DNA of 40,000 bases, taken from assembly GCA_963667015.2 (NCBI GenBank), contig CAXXJJ010000001.1:2148000-2187999 (forward strand). The letters are read 5' to 3'. Shown in pieces: positions 1 through 9,135 of the stretch. The position numbers and the translations under genes were made by a program. Within the stretch, counting starts at the first letter, position 1. Every line of letters starts with the position of its first letter. The stretch comes from Desulfatiglandales bacterium. Its GTDB lineage: Bacteria > Desulfobacterota > DSM-4660 > Desulfatiglandales > HGW-15. The notes below the pieces were generated by a model. It saw nothing but the letters and a program-made list of their open reading frames with translations. It ran no database searches and had not been told where the DNA came from.

Positions 1-2
1 AG

Positions 3-602
3 CCTCCAAAAAATCCGGAGGAGTACATTGCTACAGTAAAATCACGTTTCGGTTCCTTTGCAGAAAGGCTCATAAAAGCCTATCCGCCGGGAGAAGGAAA
101 AATTGCCAAGAGTGCACGTGACCTTATGAGGGATGTAACCTTCGGATGGCATACGTGGGCATGGGCACGGCTCCAGTCTGAAACCGGAAAATCAAACGCC
201 TACTATTATTATTTTGATCAGCACCCGGAATATCCTGCGGGCTCTCCACAGTTTGGACAAGGATCTCCCCATGGCCAGGATGTAGCCTATGTGTTCCAGT
301 ATCTCGATAACCCGGGCGGACCACCCGGGCAGACCAGGACAGTGACAACGTCTGACAGGGATATCTCCGAGGCCATGGCCACATACTGGACCAATTTTGC
401 CAAATACGGAAATCCGAACGGTAAAGGGGTTCCTGAATGGCCGGCCTTCAGTGATGAAAATCCAGTGGTGATGTATTTCAGACAGACGCCTCACACAGGG
501 CCGGTACCCGATGCTGAATCATTAAAGGTGGTGGACACCTTTTTCGCATGGCGGAGAACTCCTGAAGGAGAGGCATGGGTGAAAATGAAGGACAAAAAAT
601 AA
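3..602 (+). CDS. carboxylesterase type B family protein, C-terminal part (5' end outside window)
   Basis: Frame 3 is open from base 3. The tail ...ATYWTNFAKYGNPNGKGVPEWPAF... is the conserved C-terminal block of type-B carboxylesterases / para-nitrobenzyl esterases. Confidence 0.8.
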   Translation, partial: PPKNPEEYIATVKSRFGSFAERLIKAYPPGEGKIAKSARDLMRDVTFGWHTWAWARLQSETGKSNAYYYYFDQHPEYPAGSPQFGQGSPHGQDVAYVFQYLDNPGGPPGQTRTVTTSDRDISEAMATYWTNFAKYGNPNGKGVPEWPAFSDENPVVMYFRQTPHTGPVPDAESLKVVDTFFAWRRTPEGEAWVKMKDKK

Positions 603-656
603 TTATTTCACCATTGTACCATCTCAATACAGTGATCGATTAAGAAATATAAAACA

Positions 657-703
657 GGCCCTGATCAAAAAAAAGTTTCTGATCAGGGCCTGTTTTGATT
701 TTT
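657..703. terminator. rho-independent terminator hairpin between convergent genes
   Basis: Perfect 11-bp stem ggccctgatca / tgatcagggcc (657-667 / 680-690). It is followed by tgttttgattttt on + and preceded by an A-rich run, so it could serve both convergent genes. Confidence 0.65.
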
Positions 704-751
704 ACACTGTATTAATCCCTATATTCAGGGATTATCTGTTCCGGATGAATT

Positions 752-1831
752 CTACCCTCCGAATTTAACCCTGGAAAGCCTGTACAGCTCTTCCCTGTAG
801 GCAGGTGTCAATGCAAATAACCCGTAATGACTCATATTTGCCGGTTTGTCGGGATTACAGAATTTATCTGCAAACTTTGCGGCCTCCGCCCTCTGCTGCT
901 CCTCGCTGGCATCAGGCGGGTATTGATCAGGAATAACCCCTATAATGATCTGATCACCGTATTTCTCATAAATCATATGCGTATCATTCATTGCCTGCGG
1001 GCCCCATATGTCCCAGCCCGCCTCAATGATGCAGGGGACCTGCATTTCAAGATGTCCGCAGCTGTGGAGGTCGGCTATTTTACCTCTTTCGTGTATATGG
1101 TCAGTCAACCTCCTCATGGAAGGCACTACCATTTCCATGGCAGTGTCCGGTGAGAAAAACGGCGCTCTTTGTGAACCCCAGTCATCATGAACTGTAAATC
1201 CGTCGGCATTATAGTGGTCGATGAATTTATCAACGATCTGAATATACAGGTCAGTCAGTTTCTCAAACAATGCCTTTACTGCAGTCTGCTGATCCTCATC
1301 TATTAGAGCCATCACCGCGTTGTCAAAATCCATAAAGGAGATCAGCCGCTCATAATAACCGTTCATAATCCAGGGCATGATTGCGGTGCCCTTGTTTAGA
1401 TATTCTTTATTTGCCCTGGCCGAACCTTCCCAGTCCCAGCTGTTGACATCAGGCCAGACGAGTTTTTCCTCCCATTCGTTTGCATCATTAAGAAAGGGTG
1501 TCCCGGGTTTGACCATGGAGCCCTGGGCAGCCTCGACGTATTGCCATTCGATGCCGAACATGTCTTTACCCCCGAAATTTTCACGGGGCAGGGGATTTGC
1601 CTCAATCATAAATGCCCGTGCCACATTGTCGGGGAATATGACAGGACAGAACATTGTCGACTCAACACTGGTGATCTGCCAGATCGGTTCTCTGTTTATA
1701 AATCCGATGTAGGCTTCTCTTGGTGTTACCGGAAAATCATATATCGGTGTATTGGGCATTCCAGGAAAAAAACCCGGTATTTCACCCACGACTTTTAGTT
1801 CTTCTTCTGAAAATGGAATCCTATGAGACAT
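752..1831 (-). CDS. uroporphyrinogen decarboxylase (URO-D) / MtaA-CmuA-like methyltransferase family protein
   Basis: 359-aa ORF with ...HDDWGSQ... and ...LHSCGH... blocks typical of the URO-D/MtaA fold (H-x-C metal site). Family assigned by motif recognition only. Confidence 0.6.
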   Translation of the reverse strand: MSHRIPFSEEELKVVGEIPGFFPGMPNTPIYDFPVTPREAYIGFINREPIWQITSVESTMFCPVIFPDNVARAFMIEANPLPRENFGGKDMFGIEWQYVEAAQGSMVKPGTPFLNDANEWEEKLVWPDVNSWDWEGSARANKEYLNKGTAIMPWIMNGYYERLISFMDFDNAVMALIDEDQQTAVKALFEKLTDLYIQIVDKFIDHYNADGFTVHDDWGSQRAPFFSPDTAMEMVVPSMRRLTDHIHERGKIADLHSCGHLEMQVPCIIEAGWDIWGPQAMNDTHMIYEKYGDQIIIGVIPDQYPPDASEEQQRAEAAKFADKFCNPDKPANMSHYGLFALTPAYREELYRLSRVKFGG

Positions 1832-1864
1832 TATTTCTTTCTCCTTATTGTAAATTATCCCTTG

Positions 1865-2056
1865 TTAATAAATACCATATTCTTTTATAAAATCAATCAT
1901 TGCCTTGAGATTCTCTGGTTCTACCTCATCTGTCGAACTCCTTGGGGCTAGAATATATCCGTCATCTTTTCCACACCAATCAATGATTTTTTTACAGTGT
2001 TCCCTGACACTCTGCAGCCCTTCCGGTGTGTCACAATTTTCATGCGACTTCGATAT
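1865..2056 (-). pseudogene. start-less C-terminal remnant of a second URO-D family gene
   Basis: 63 sense codons ...KDDGYILAPRSSTDEVEPENLKAMIDFIKEYGIY* resemble a URO-D family C-terminus. No start codon is present. The frame opens immediately after the stop of the upstream transporter and is the same frame. Confidence 0.4.
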
Positions 2057-3454
2057 TTAACTTAAACCCCTTTTATCGGCATTCGTTTTCATAATTTCAG
2101 ACAGCCTGTTATCAGATAAGGAGTAGAAAATCATTATTGCAAAGGCCAGAAAACCCGCCGTAGCCGGAAGATAACAGATAAGATTCATCAGGCTGTTTAT
2201 AACCTCATCGGTTGGTGCCGTGTTTGGAACAAATCCGATAAATCCCAGGCCTGCTGTGACTATTGTTCCGGCAAGTGCTATCGCAATCTTGATCGGCAGC
2301 GTGAACATGGACATTATAACTGCACTCGCATCTTTGCCTGATTTATAAAAACTGTACTCCGCAGCATCCATATACATTGCCTGTCGGACAGGCCCGTTGA
2401 CCCCCGCACCAAGCGTTGATACAACAATAATTACGATATAGGTATAGGCAGAATTCAAACCGAACATTCTAAGAACTATGAACCCTGCGGTTCCCCAGAT
2501 TGAGGCAAAAAGGTATGTATTTTTCTTGCCTAAAATACCAACTACCCTTGGCCCAATCAGCGTGCTTGCAAAGCTTGCAAGAGCAAATGAGAGTGAATAT
2601 GGCTTCATGTATTGTTCATTTTCTATTATATATTTGAAATAATACACTGCGACTGCCTGGAGGCTGAAGATACCCAGGTAGGATACAATATCCGCTGACA
2701 TTAAAATCCTCAGGTGTTTATTTCCGATGACCTGCTGCGCCATCTCCTTAAGAGACATTTTGTTTGTCAGATTTTTTGTTGGGTCATATTTGTCATAGTC
2801 TTTTATCTGGTAAAAAAGAAACCAGTAGCCCAATACCTGAATAACAGCCAGTATTCCCACAGTGTAGAAATATCCCCATGATTCGCTTTTCTTACTGAAG
2901 TGATAAAACATATTTAAAACAAGATAGCTGTAGATAATCTGGCTGGACATGCCATACTGAATATTCCTGGATGACATCCGCATCCTGTCTTTAACACTTT
3001 TCGCCACGACCGATATGAGACCAAGCTGGGCATTGTAGGCAAAATTAAGACTCACATGGGCTATCATATAGGCCAGACTGAGATAGACTATTTTTATTCC
3101 GTAGCTCAGGGGCAGATTTGTGAATGTAAGAGTAAAAAACACAGAGGTTGCCAGAGGAGGCAAAAGCAGCCATGACCGGTACTGTCCCCAGCGAAACTGG
3201 GTGTTCTGTATCAGGACACCTGAGACAGGGATTGAAAGGGCATCAACAATATGGGTTATAAATATGATAACAGGGATAATGGATAACTTTATCAGGGCCA
3301 CATCTGTTAAAAATATCGTATAATATTGAAGCGCGAGATTCATCATCAATGAGAAAGTCAGATGTGAAAAACCATAACTGTGGACAAGCACGCCGGAAAG
3401 TTTTTTTTCCAATTCTAATTCTCCTTTCGTTAGACTACTATTCCGAGCAGACAA
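2057..3454 (-). CDS. glycoside-pentoside-hexuronide (GPH)/MFS-type cation symporter
   Basis: 465-aa polytopic membrane protein with about 12 hydrophobic segments. The overall pattern resembles MelB/GPH-family sugar symporters. Confidence 0.6.
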   Translation of the reverse strand: MSARNSSLTKGELELEKKLSGVLVHSYGFSHLTFSLMMNLALQYYTIFLTDVALIKLSIIPVIIFITHIVDALSIPVSGVLIQNTQFRWGQYRSWLLLPPLATSVFFTLTFTNLPLSYGIKIVYLSLAYMIAHVSLNFAYNAQLGLISVVAKSVKDRMRMSSRNIQYGMSSQIIYSYLVLNMFYHFSKKSESWGYFYTVGILAVIQVLGYWFLFYQIKDYDKYDPTKNLTNKMSLKEMAQQVIGNKHLRILMSADIVSYLGIFSLQAVAVYYFKYIIENEQYMKPYSLSFALASFASTLIGPRVVGILGKKNTYLFASIWGTAGFIVLRMFGLNSAYTYIVIIVVSTLGAGVNGPVRQAMYMDAAEYSFYKSGKDASAVIMSMFTLPIKIAIALAGTIVTAGLGFIGFVPNTAPTDEVINSLMNLICYLPATAGFLAFAIMIFYSLSDNRLSEIMKTNADKRGLS

Positions 3455-5081
3455 AGCTGTCCGCGCTGTTTACATCACCATCTTTGTAGCGTGCAACAAG
3501 AGGGTAGGGGCAAAGGGGTCTTGTAACACCGGGATAAGCCCGGCCGGTTGCGATTATACGATCCGGCGCTGCTCCTTTTTCCACCCAGTCCATTATTGCA
3601 TCGAGCGTATTAAACTGGTCCGTGGACTTGCCTCCGCTGCAGTGGCACATTCCCGGGATAAAGAATAACCTTACAGAATCCCGTATTGACGGTCCGTTTA
3701 CTTCCACTACTTCATCGTACCATGCTGAAAGAACTCCCGAGGCCATTCCCTGATCGGAAAGGCCGTTATAAACAATCATTTTTCCGTGGTCTGCAAATGT
3801 CTGAAGAAATGTTGAATCAGCATCTGTATTGGCCGCCGTATGGCGTGTTTTTACAGCATCACGATCAAAATCAAACTCAAGGGGATCCAGATCAGGATCA
3901 GGAGGAGTTAACTGAAGATAACTCAGGTTGACCAGTCCCAGTGTAGCGTCGGCAGAATCCCATTTTCCGGTTCCTGAAGAACCGATATGCATGGCTCTCC
4001 ACTCCGATCCTGCAACACCGGTATCATAGGGAAAAGGGCCGTAGATCGATTTCCCATCACTTGTGTGCGGTCCCTTAAACATGTCCCGTAGCGCATCCAC
4101 CTGCTCCTTTGAAAGACAGGTTGCTGTTTTTTCGGATTTGCATGTGAGAATTCCGGGGTCAAAGTCGCAGCCCTGCCAGTCGTTGATAAAACCGTCAGCC
4201 AGTCCATCCAGTGCATCGCAGCGCTTAAGGAGAGTATCTGCTACAAGGTTTAAATCTTCATTGGAAAAGGCCTTTGAAATTATTGGGCGGCCGTTTTCAT
4301 CCTTTGGTGCAATCCTGGCGGCCACCTGAACGTTCCATATTTCGTCCATTGCGATCCCTGAAAATTTAATGGCAGGATCACCTGCAACGATGCCGTCAAA
4401 ATAAAGAGGAAAGCGCTGGGAGGCCATTAAAGCCTGACGCCCGCCGTTAGAGCAGCCGATAAAATATGAGTAGGCTGGTGCGGTTCCGTAATATTTTTCA
4501 ATCAGCTCCTTTGCCTTGAGTGTGACCTTATCCAGGGCATTATAACCGTAATCGATACGTGCCTGCTGGTCCAGTCCGAATGTGCCGTCGAGCATGCTGC
4601 TCCTGTGGCCTCCGTCCGTTGACACAACCGCAAATCCCTGTGCAAGTGCCGAGGGTCTGTCTGAACCCATCTGGCTTCCGATGGCAGAGGAGAGCATTCC
4701 ATCAAGTCCGGCGCCTCCCTGAAAAAAGAACCGGTTGTTCCAGTTTGCCGGCATGCGTAATTCAAAACCTATTCCAAACTTCTGACCCTTAGCGCCCGTC
4801 CGGGGATTGATCATTCCCTGTACCAGACAGTGCTCAGGCAGTATATTAGCTTTGCCTCCAGGACCCGGTGCCGGTCCCTCGGGAACGATCTCTGCCTTTT
4901 CGACCAGAAAGCTTCCGGTAGCAAGCTCAGTGATAGCAGAACAGCTCGATGAATTTGATTTATTATCTGCGCCAAAGGTTTTTTCCAAAGGAAATACAGT
5001 TAAAAGTATCAGGCAGGTTAATAAAAATCCTGCTGGAAGCCTGAAGGATAATTTCCTTTCAATAACCGGTTTATAAGACAT
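3438..5081 (-). CDS. tannase / feruloyl esterase family alpha/beta hydrolase, secreted
   Basis: N-terminal signal-like hydrophobic segment. Contains the GCSNGGRQAL nucleophile block plus a Cys-rich pattern characteristic of the tannase/feruloyl esterase family. Confidence 0.85.
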   Translation of the reverse strand: MSYKPVIERKLSFRLPAGFLLTCLILLTVFPLEKTFGADNKSNSSSCSAITELATGSFLVEKAEIVPEGPAPGPGGKANILPEHCLVQGMINPRTGAKGQKFGIGFELRMPANWNNRFFFQGGAGLDGMLSSAIGSQMGSDRPSALAQGFAVVSTDGGHRSSMLDGTFGLDQQARIDYGYNALDKVTLKAKELIEKYYGTAPAYSYFIGCSNGGRQALMASQRFPLYFDGIVAGDPAIKFSGIAMDEIWNVQVAARIAPKDENGRPIISKAFSNEDLNLVADTLLKRCDALDGLADGFINDWQGCDFDPGILTCKSEKTATCLSKEQVDALRDMFKGPHTSDGKSIYGPFPYDTGVAGSEWRAMHIGSSGTGKWDSADATLGLVNLSYLQLTPPDPDLDPLEFDFDRDAVKTRHTAANTDADSTFLQTFADHGKMIVYNGLSDQGMASGVLSAWYDEVVEVNGPSIRDSVRLFFIPGMCHCSGGKSTDQFNTLDAIMDWVEKGAAPDRIIATGRAYPGVTRPLCPYPLVARYKDGDVNSADSFVCSE

Positions 5082-5153
5082 AGAAACCCTCTCTTTATAT
5101 TTTTAAATCACTAATTTCCAAATTAAATTGGAAGAATCGTATAAAACTTTATT

Positions 5154-6605
5154 TTATGGTTTTTTAAAAATCCATCGCGACTTATAGCTGTCCGGATCAA
5201 ATCTGTCCAGAGTCGGAGTGCTTCTACCGACTGCAGTGAGAACAAGTTCTTCTTTTGAATCCGGGACAACCCTGGGTGTTATGCGGTATGTACCGTCAAT
5301 CAACTGGTCGATGCGCCAGAGTTGTTCGGGAGCACCTGTATATTCAGGCACGGTTATAACTTCTTTTTCTGCAGTGGCTGCAAGAGCCCTGTTTGTATCT
5401 TCGATAATTATCTTGAAATATGGTGATCCAAAATAACCGCCGGCATCCGGTACAGGTGTTATTGTCCATTTCTGGTGGGGCCTGAACATATAATCTCCGA
5501 TTCGAACATCTATATTCCCTTTTGGCCAGGTCTTTTCCACATCGGAAAGTTTCTGGGGCGTGACCGGAACAACGGGCTCTTCAGTATTGCGTCCAAAAAA
5601 ACGCATGCCGCCTGCCATCCTTACGAAATCCACAGCAAGTTCAAGAGCATATCCGCTACGTTCGGATTTTATCTCAAAAGTGCCTCCCTCAAAATTATCA
5701 CCTGCAACAGGCCATCCATCCTTCCAGAGAAGAGGTCGGATGCCCAGAACACTGTGACCACCCTGGATAAGGTCCGCCTCATAGTGGCATGAAAACTTTT
5801 GAAGACCGTTGCCCAGGTCTATCAGGCCAAAGTGGCCGGGCCCTACATAATGACCACTGGCTGCTACCACAAGCTTGCCGCCGCCTTTAAGCATGGGTAC
5901 CCCCATGTGATCCACGTATGGTCCGGTTACCTTTTTTGAACGGCCAACCCTGATGTTGTATGTGGAGTTGGCGCCGTCGCAGCAGGTGCCGTGAGTGGCA
6001 AGGAGATAATACCATCCGTCACGATACATCATGGCTGTTGCTTCGCAGTCAATTGCTACATTGATCGCCTTATTACCCGGCATACGTTTTCCGGTTTTAG
6101 GATCAAGTTCAATAATTCTTATAAAGCCGAAGTAGGTTCCATATGTCAGCCACAACCGACCATCAGTCGGATCCAGAAGGAACGCAGAATCAATTGCATC
6201 ACAGTCCTCAACCCCGTCCGACGATACAACTATGGTTTCATCCTGAAATCCAAAGTCAGGGGATTTTGGGTCAAGGGATTTTGTCCACATGACATAGACA
6301 TTGCTCGCATGTCCTCCTGATAGCCCTCCGCCGCCTTTGGCATATGTCATATAATAGCGGTCTTTTATTTTTATTACGTCCGGAGCGACACCGCCACCGG
6401 GGCGTTCAGCCCCCCGGTGCCATGTCCAGCCGTCTTCTGAGATCAAACCTCCTCCACCTGTACCAAAGGTATAGTACTTTCCATCGCATTTTGTGATGGT
6501 CGAGGGATCGTGAATATAAGGTTCTCCGACCTGGGCAGATACCCCGTCGGATATTATGAGAAAAAGCAGTAAAGAAAAAGCTGCTGATATAATACGTGAT
6601 TTCAT
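5154..6605 (-). CDS. glycoside hydrolase family 43 (arabinanase/arabinofuranosidase-like) with C-terminal ricin-type (QxW) domain
   Basis: Preferred start is ATG 6605, with GGAGG upstream and signal peptide MKSRIISAAFSLLLFLIISDGVSA. The track ORF start at 6698 would overlap the upstream gene. The core is HDPSTI...YYTFGTGGG (GH43 five-bladed propeller type). The tail has QLWRI, a ricin B-like motif. Confidence 0.8.
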   Translation of the reverse strand: MKSRIISAAFSLLLFLIISDGVSAQVGEPYIHDPSTITKCDGKYYTFGTGGGGLISEDGWTWHRGAERPGGGVAPDVIKIKDRYYMTYAKGGGGLSGGHASNVYVMWTKSLDPKSPDFGFQDETIVVSSDGVEDCDAIDSAFLLDPTDGRLWLTYGTYFGFIRIIELDPKTGKRMPGNKAINVAIDCEATAMMYRDGWYYLLATHGTCCDGANSTYNIRVGRSKKVTGPYVDHMGVPMLKGGGKLVVAASGHYVGPGHFGLIDLGNGLQKFSCHYEADLIQGGHSVLGIRPLLWKDGWPVAGDNFEGGTFEIKSERSGYALELAVDFVRMAGGMRFFGRNTEEPVVPVTPQKLSDVEKTWPKGNIDVRIGDYMFRPHQKWTITPVPDAGGYFGSPYFKIIIEDTNRALAATAEKEVITVPEYTGAPEQLWRIDQLIDGTYRITPRVVPDSKEELVLTAVGRSTPTLDRFDPDSYKSRWIFKKP

Positions 6606-6630
6606 AAGGCCTCCAGGAATAATTAATACC

Positions 6631-7353
6631 TCAAAAGCTGGTTGTGAGATCCCTGACAGGATCTCCGTTTTCATCGATAAATCGGACACAGAAATCACTC
6701 ATTCCAGGGCCGTTAATAACTGCCCCGCGAATGATATTTTTGCCCTTTTTAAGCGTGATGCGTCTGGAAACACTGTCGTCCATTACCATTCGCCTGTCAC
6801 CGAAAAGGCTGACAGCTTCTATTCCGTTAGACCACCACATGGATGCCGAATTGGAACCGACAGCCATCCTGACATCCTTCATTTCCCTGGGGCTGTTTAC
6901 CACGGTAACAGCCCAGAACAGGACCCCGTAATGCTGTTTGTCAAGACCGTAGGCAAAACGGAAAAGTTTGACATTGAAATTTGTGGAATCAAGCGCATGC
7001 CATCTGAGCTTTTGATCTCCGACAGTCACAGTGTCGCCGTCTTCTGGAATCACTGTAAACTGGTCCGGGAAATATTCGGTGTAAAGTGCCTCTCTTACGT
7101 AGCTGTCAGTAAACACAGTGTTGCTACGGTTAGGTTTATTGATCGGTTCCAGAAGAAACCAGCGCCGGATAAAACCATCACTGTCCGGCGCCTTTGGAGA
7201 AGCTGATGCCGGGGTGAAGTATGGCGCAATAGAACTGATATCACTACCCGTTGTTTTGTTTTCAGCATTAACATGCGCAACGGACCATACCAGGAAACCC
7301 GATATTACAAGGATGTTAAATATCAGTATGAAGGTATTGCGTAAGTTTTTCAT
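6631..7353 (-). CDS. secreted hypothetical protein
   Basis: 240-aa ORF with a clear signal peptide (…VWSVAHVNA/ENK), co-directional and tightly spaced with the GH43 gene. No family recognised. Confidence 0.6.
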   Translation of the reverse strand: MKNLRNTFILIFNILVISGFLVWSVAHVNAENKTTGSDISSIAPYFTPASASPKAPDSDGFIRRWFLLEPINKPNRSNTVFTDSYVREALYTEYFPDQFTVIPEDGDTVTVGDQKLRWHALDSTNFNVKLFRFAYGLDKQHYGVLFWAVTVVNSPREMKDVRMAVGSNSASMWWSNGIEAVSLFGDRRMVMDDSVSRRITLKKGKNIIRGAVINGPGMSDFCVRFIDENGDPVRDLTTSF

Positions 7354-7477
7354 ATTAAATCCTCACATAGGAATTAAAATTATGGATTATATCTTTTTCC
7401 AAGAATTAACTTATCCCCAGAATCATCAATCTCATAAAACAGCGGCTTTCGGGGGCCGTCGCCTTCCACATGGCGGA

Positions 7478-9061
7478 TTACCATGGTTTAAGTGCTGCGG
7501 CATTGGCTCCTGCGATGCGACCGGTTGCCAGGCATTCGGAATTATTCCCGCCGCCATTGTACATCCAGCCCCAGAATGATCCGAGTTCACCAGCACTGTA
7601 TAACCTTGGTATGGGACTATTAAATGGATCAACTATCTGACATGAGGCATTACGCCTTGGTCCACCCTGGGTATTATACATAACTGGATAGATTTTCAGT
7701 GCAATATAGGGCGGCTGATCTATTTTGGTCAGGTTCATCTCTGGCCTTCCAAAATCTGAATCAACACCTGCGTCACATGACTGATTGTATTTTGTTATTG
7801 TCTTTTCAAGGGCGTCCGTCGTAATATCGAGTTTTCCGGCCAGCTCCTGGATTGTTTCTCCCTTGATAATCCAGCCCTTTTCTATTTCAGCGCTGTTGTC
7901 ACTGCTCCATTTATAATTTGTATACCAGTTATACCAGCCGAATTTCATTCCTGCTGAAACAAGAGGACGTTTAAGGACTCTGGAGTCCAGGACTGCATAA
8001 CAGGGTATTCTTGTAAACTTCTGTGTGCCCAGCGTATCAAAGAAGATAAGGTGCTCCTTTTCTCCCAGTCCATGACGATTACCACCCGATTCATTCATAA
8101 AACGCCTTCCCTGCTGGTCTGTCAGGATGAAAGGCGCGGAATACAGAGAGACAGATATCGGCACCCTGCCCAGGTCGTCATCATCAACAAGAATGGCGCC
8201 TATTCCGGCCAGGGCGTTATTCATATGCCAGAGGTCTGCCCCGGCCTTCTGGGCCATTCTGATTCCGTCACCCGTATTATATGTGGTTCCGCGACCATAC
8301 ATGGGCCATCCTGGCAGGTGCTGCTGCTGGATATCATGGGCAAATTCAAAGCCGCCGCAGGCCAGAATAACACCCCGGCTGGCCTTGATGTTGATTATCT
8401 TTCCTTCGGATTCTGCTTTTATACCAATAATTTCACCCTCACAGTTGCGAATCAGATCCTTTGCCGGTGTCTGATACATAATCGGAATCTTTCGTTCATC
8501 CAACTGTGCACGAAGAGGATTATAGAGGGCAGCTCCAAAACCGCCGCTGGCATTGGACCAGGTCCGCACGCCTTCACCTCCCGGAAGTTCCGGATATTCA
8601 GGCTGGAACATGCCGAGGGATCTGGGTTCAACTCCCCATTTTTTGAGCCATTCGTTATTCTCAAACATTCCGCTGGCCAGTGCCTTGATACTTTCCTGAT
8701 CTGTCAGGCCGTAGCACAATGAAGTAATATATTTTATTCCTGTCTCCACATCTGTCGGCGTCCACCACATATTGCCGGACACCTTGCTGTTTCCTCCCTC
8801 ACGTTCCTTTGGCGCTTTTTCCAGGATAAGGACCTTTGCTCCGGCGTCATGTGCTGTCATTGCCGAGGCAATTCCTGCGAATCCTGTTCCGACAACCACA
8901 ACATCGGTTTCTTTGTCCCATTTTAAATCCGGTGATGTTTCCTTGCTTATGGAAGGTTCTGCGGTCAGTCCGACCATAGCTGCGGCGCCTATGCCGACCG
9001 AAGTTGTTTTTATAAAATCTCTTCTTGATAGGTTTTTCTTTTTACTGTCTGTACGCTTCAT
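7478..9061 (-). CDS. Tat-exported FAD-dependent oxidoreductase (fumarate reductase / 3-ketosteroid dehydrogenase flavoprotein-like, FAD_binding_2)
   Basis: Twin-arginine signal SRRDFIKTTSVGIGAAAM. Dinucleotide fold DVVVVGTGFAGIASA. C-terminal ...LYSAGE... block typical of this flavoprotein family. Confidence 0.85.
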   Translation of the reverse strand: MKRTDSKKKNLSRRDFIKTTSVGIGAAAMVGLTAEPSISKETSPDLKWDKETDVVVVGTGFAGIASAMTAHDAGAKVLILEKAPKEREGGNSKVSGNMWWTPTDVETGIKYITSLCYGLTDQESIKALASGMFENNEWLKKWGVEPRSLGMFQPEYPELPGGEGVRTWSNASGGFGAALYNPLRAQLDERKIPIMYQTPAKDLIRNCEGEIIGIKAESEGKIINIKASRGVILACGGFEFAHDIQQQHLPGWPMYGRGTTYNTGDGIRMAQKAGADLWHMNNALAGIGAILVDDDDLGRVPISVSLYSAPFILTDQQGRRFMNESGGNRHGLGEKEHLIFFDTLGTQKFTRIPCYAVLDSRVLKRPLVSAGMKFGWYNWYTNYKWSSDNSAEIEKGWIIKGETIQELAGKLDITTDALEKTITKYNQSCDAGVDSDFGRPEMNLTKIDQPPYIALKIYPVMYNTQGGPRRNASCQIVDPFNSPIPRLYSAGELGSFWGWMYNGGGNNSECLATGRIAGANAAALKPW

Positions 9062-9135
9062 TATTTATCTCCTTCTTTCTCTTTTCAAATAGTAAGCTGT
9101 TAACCTGGTAACAGGTAAACAATTAATATGGTTAT

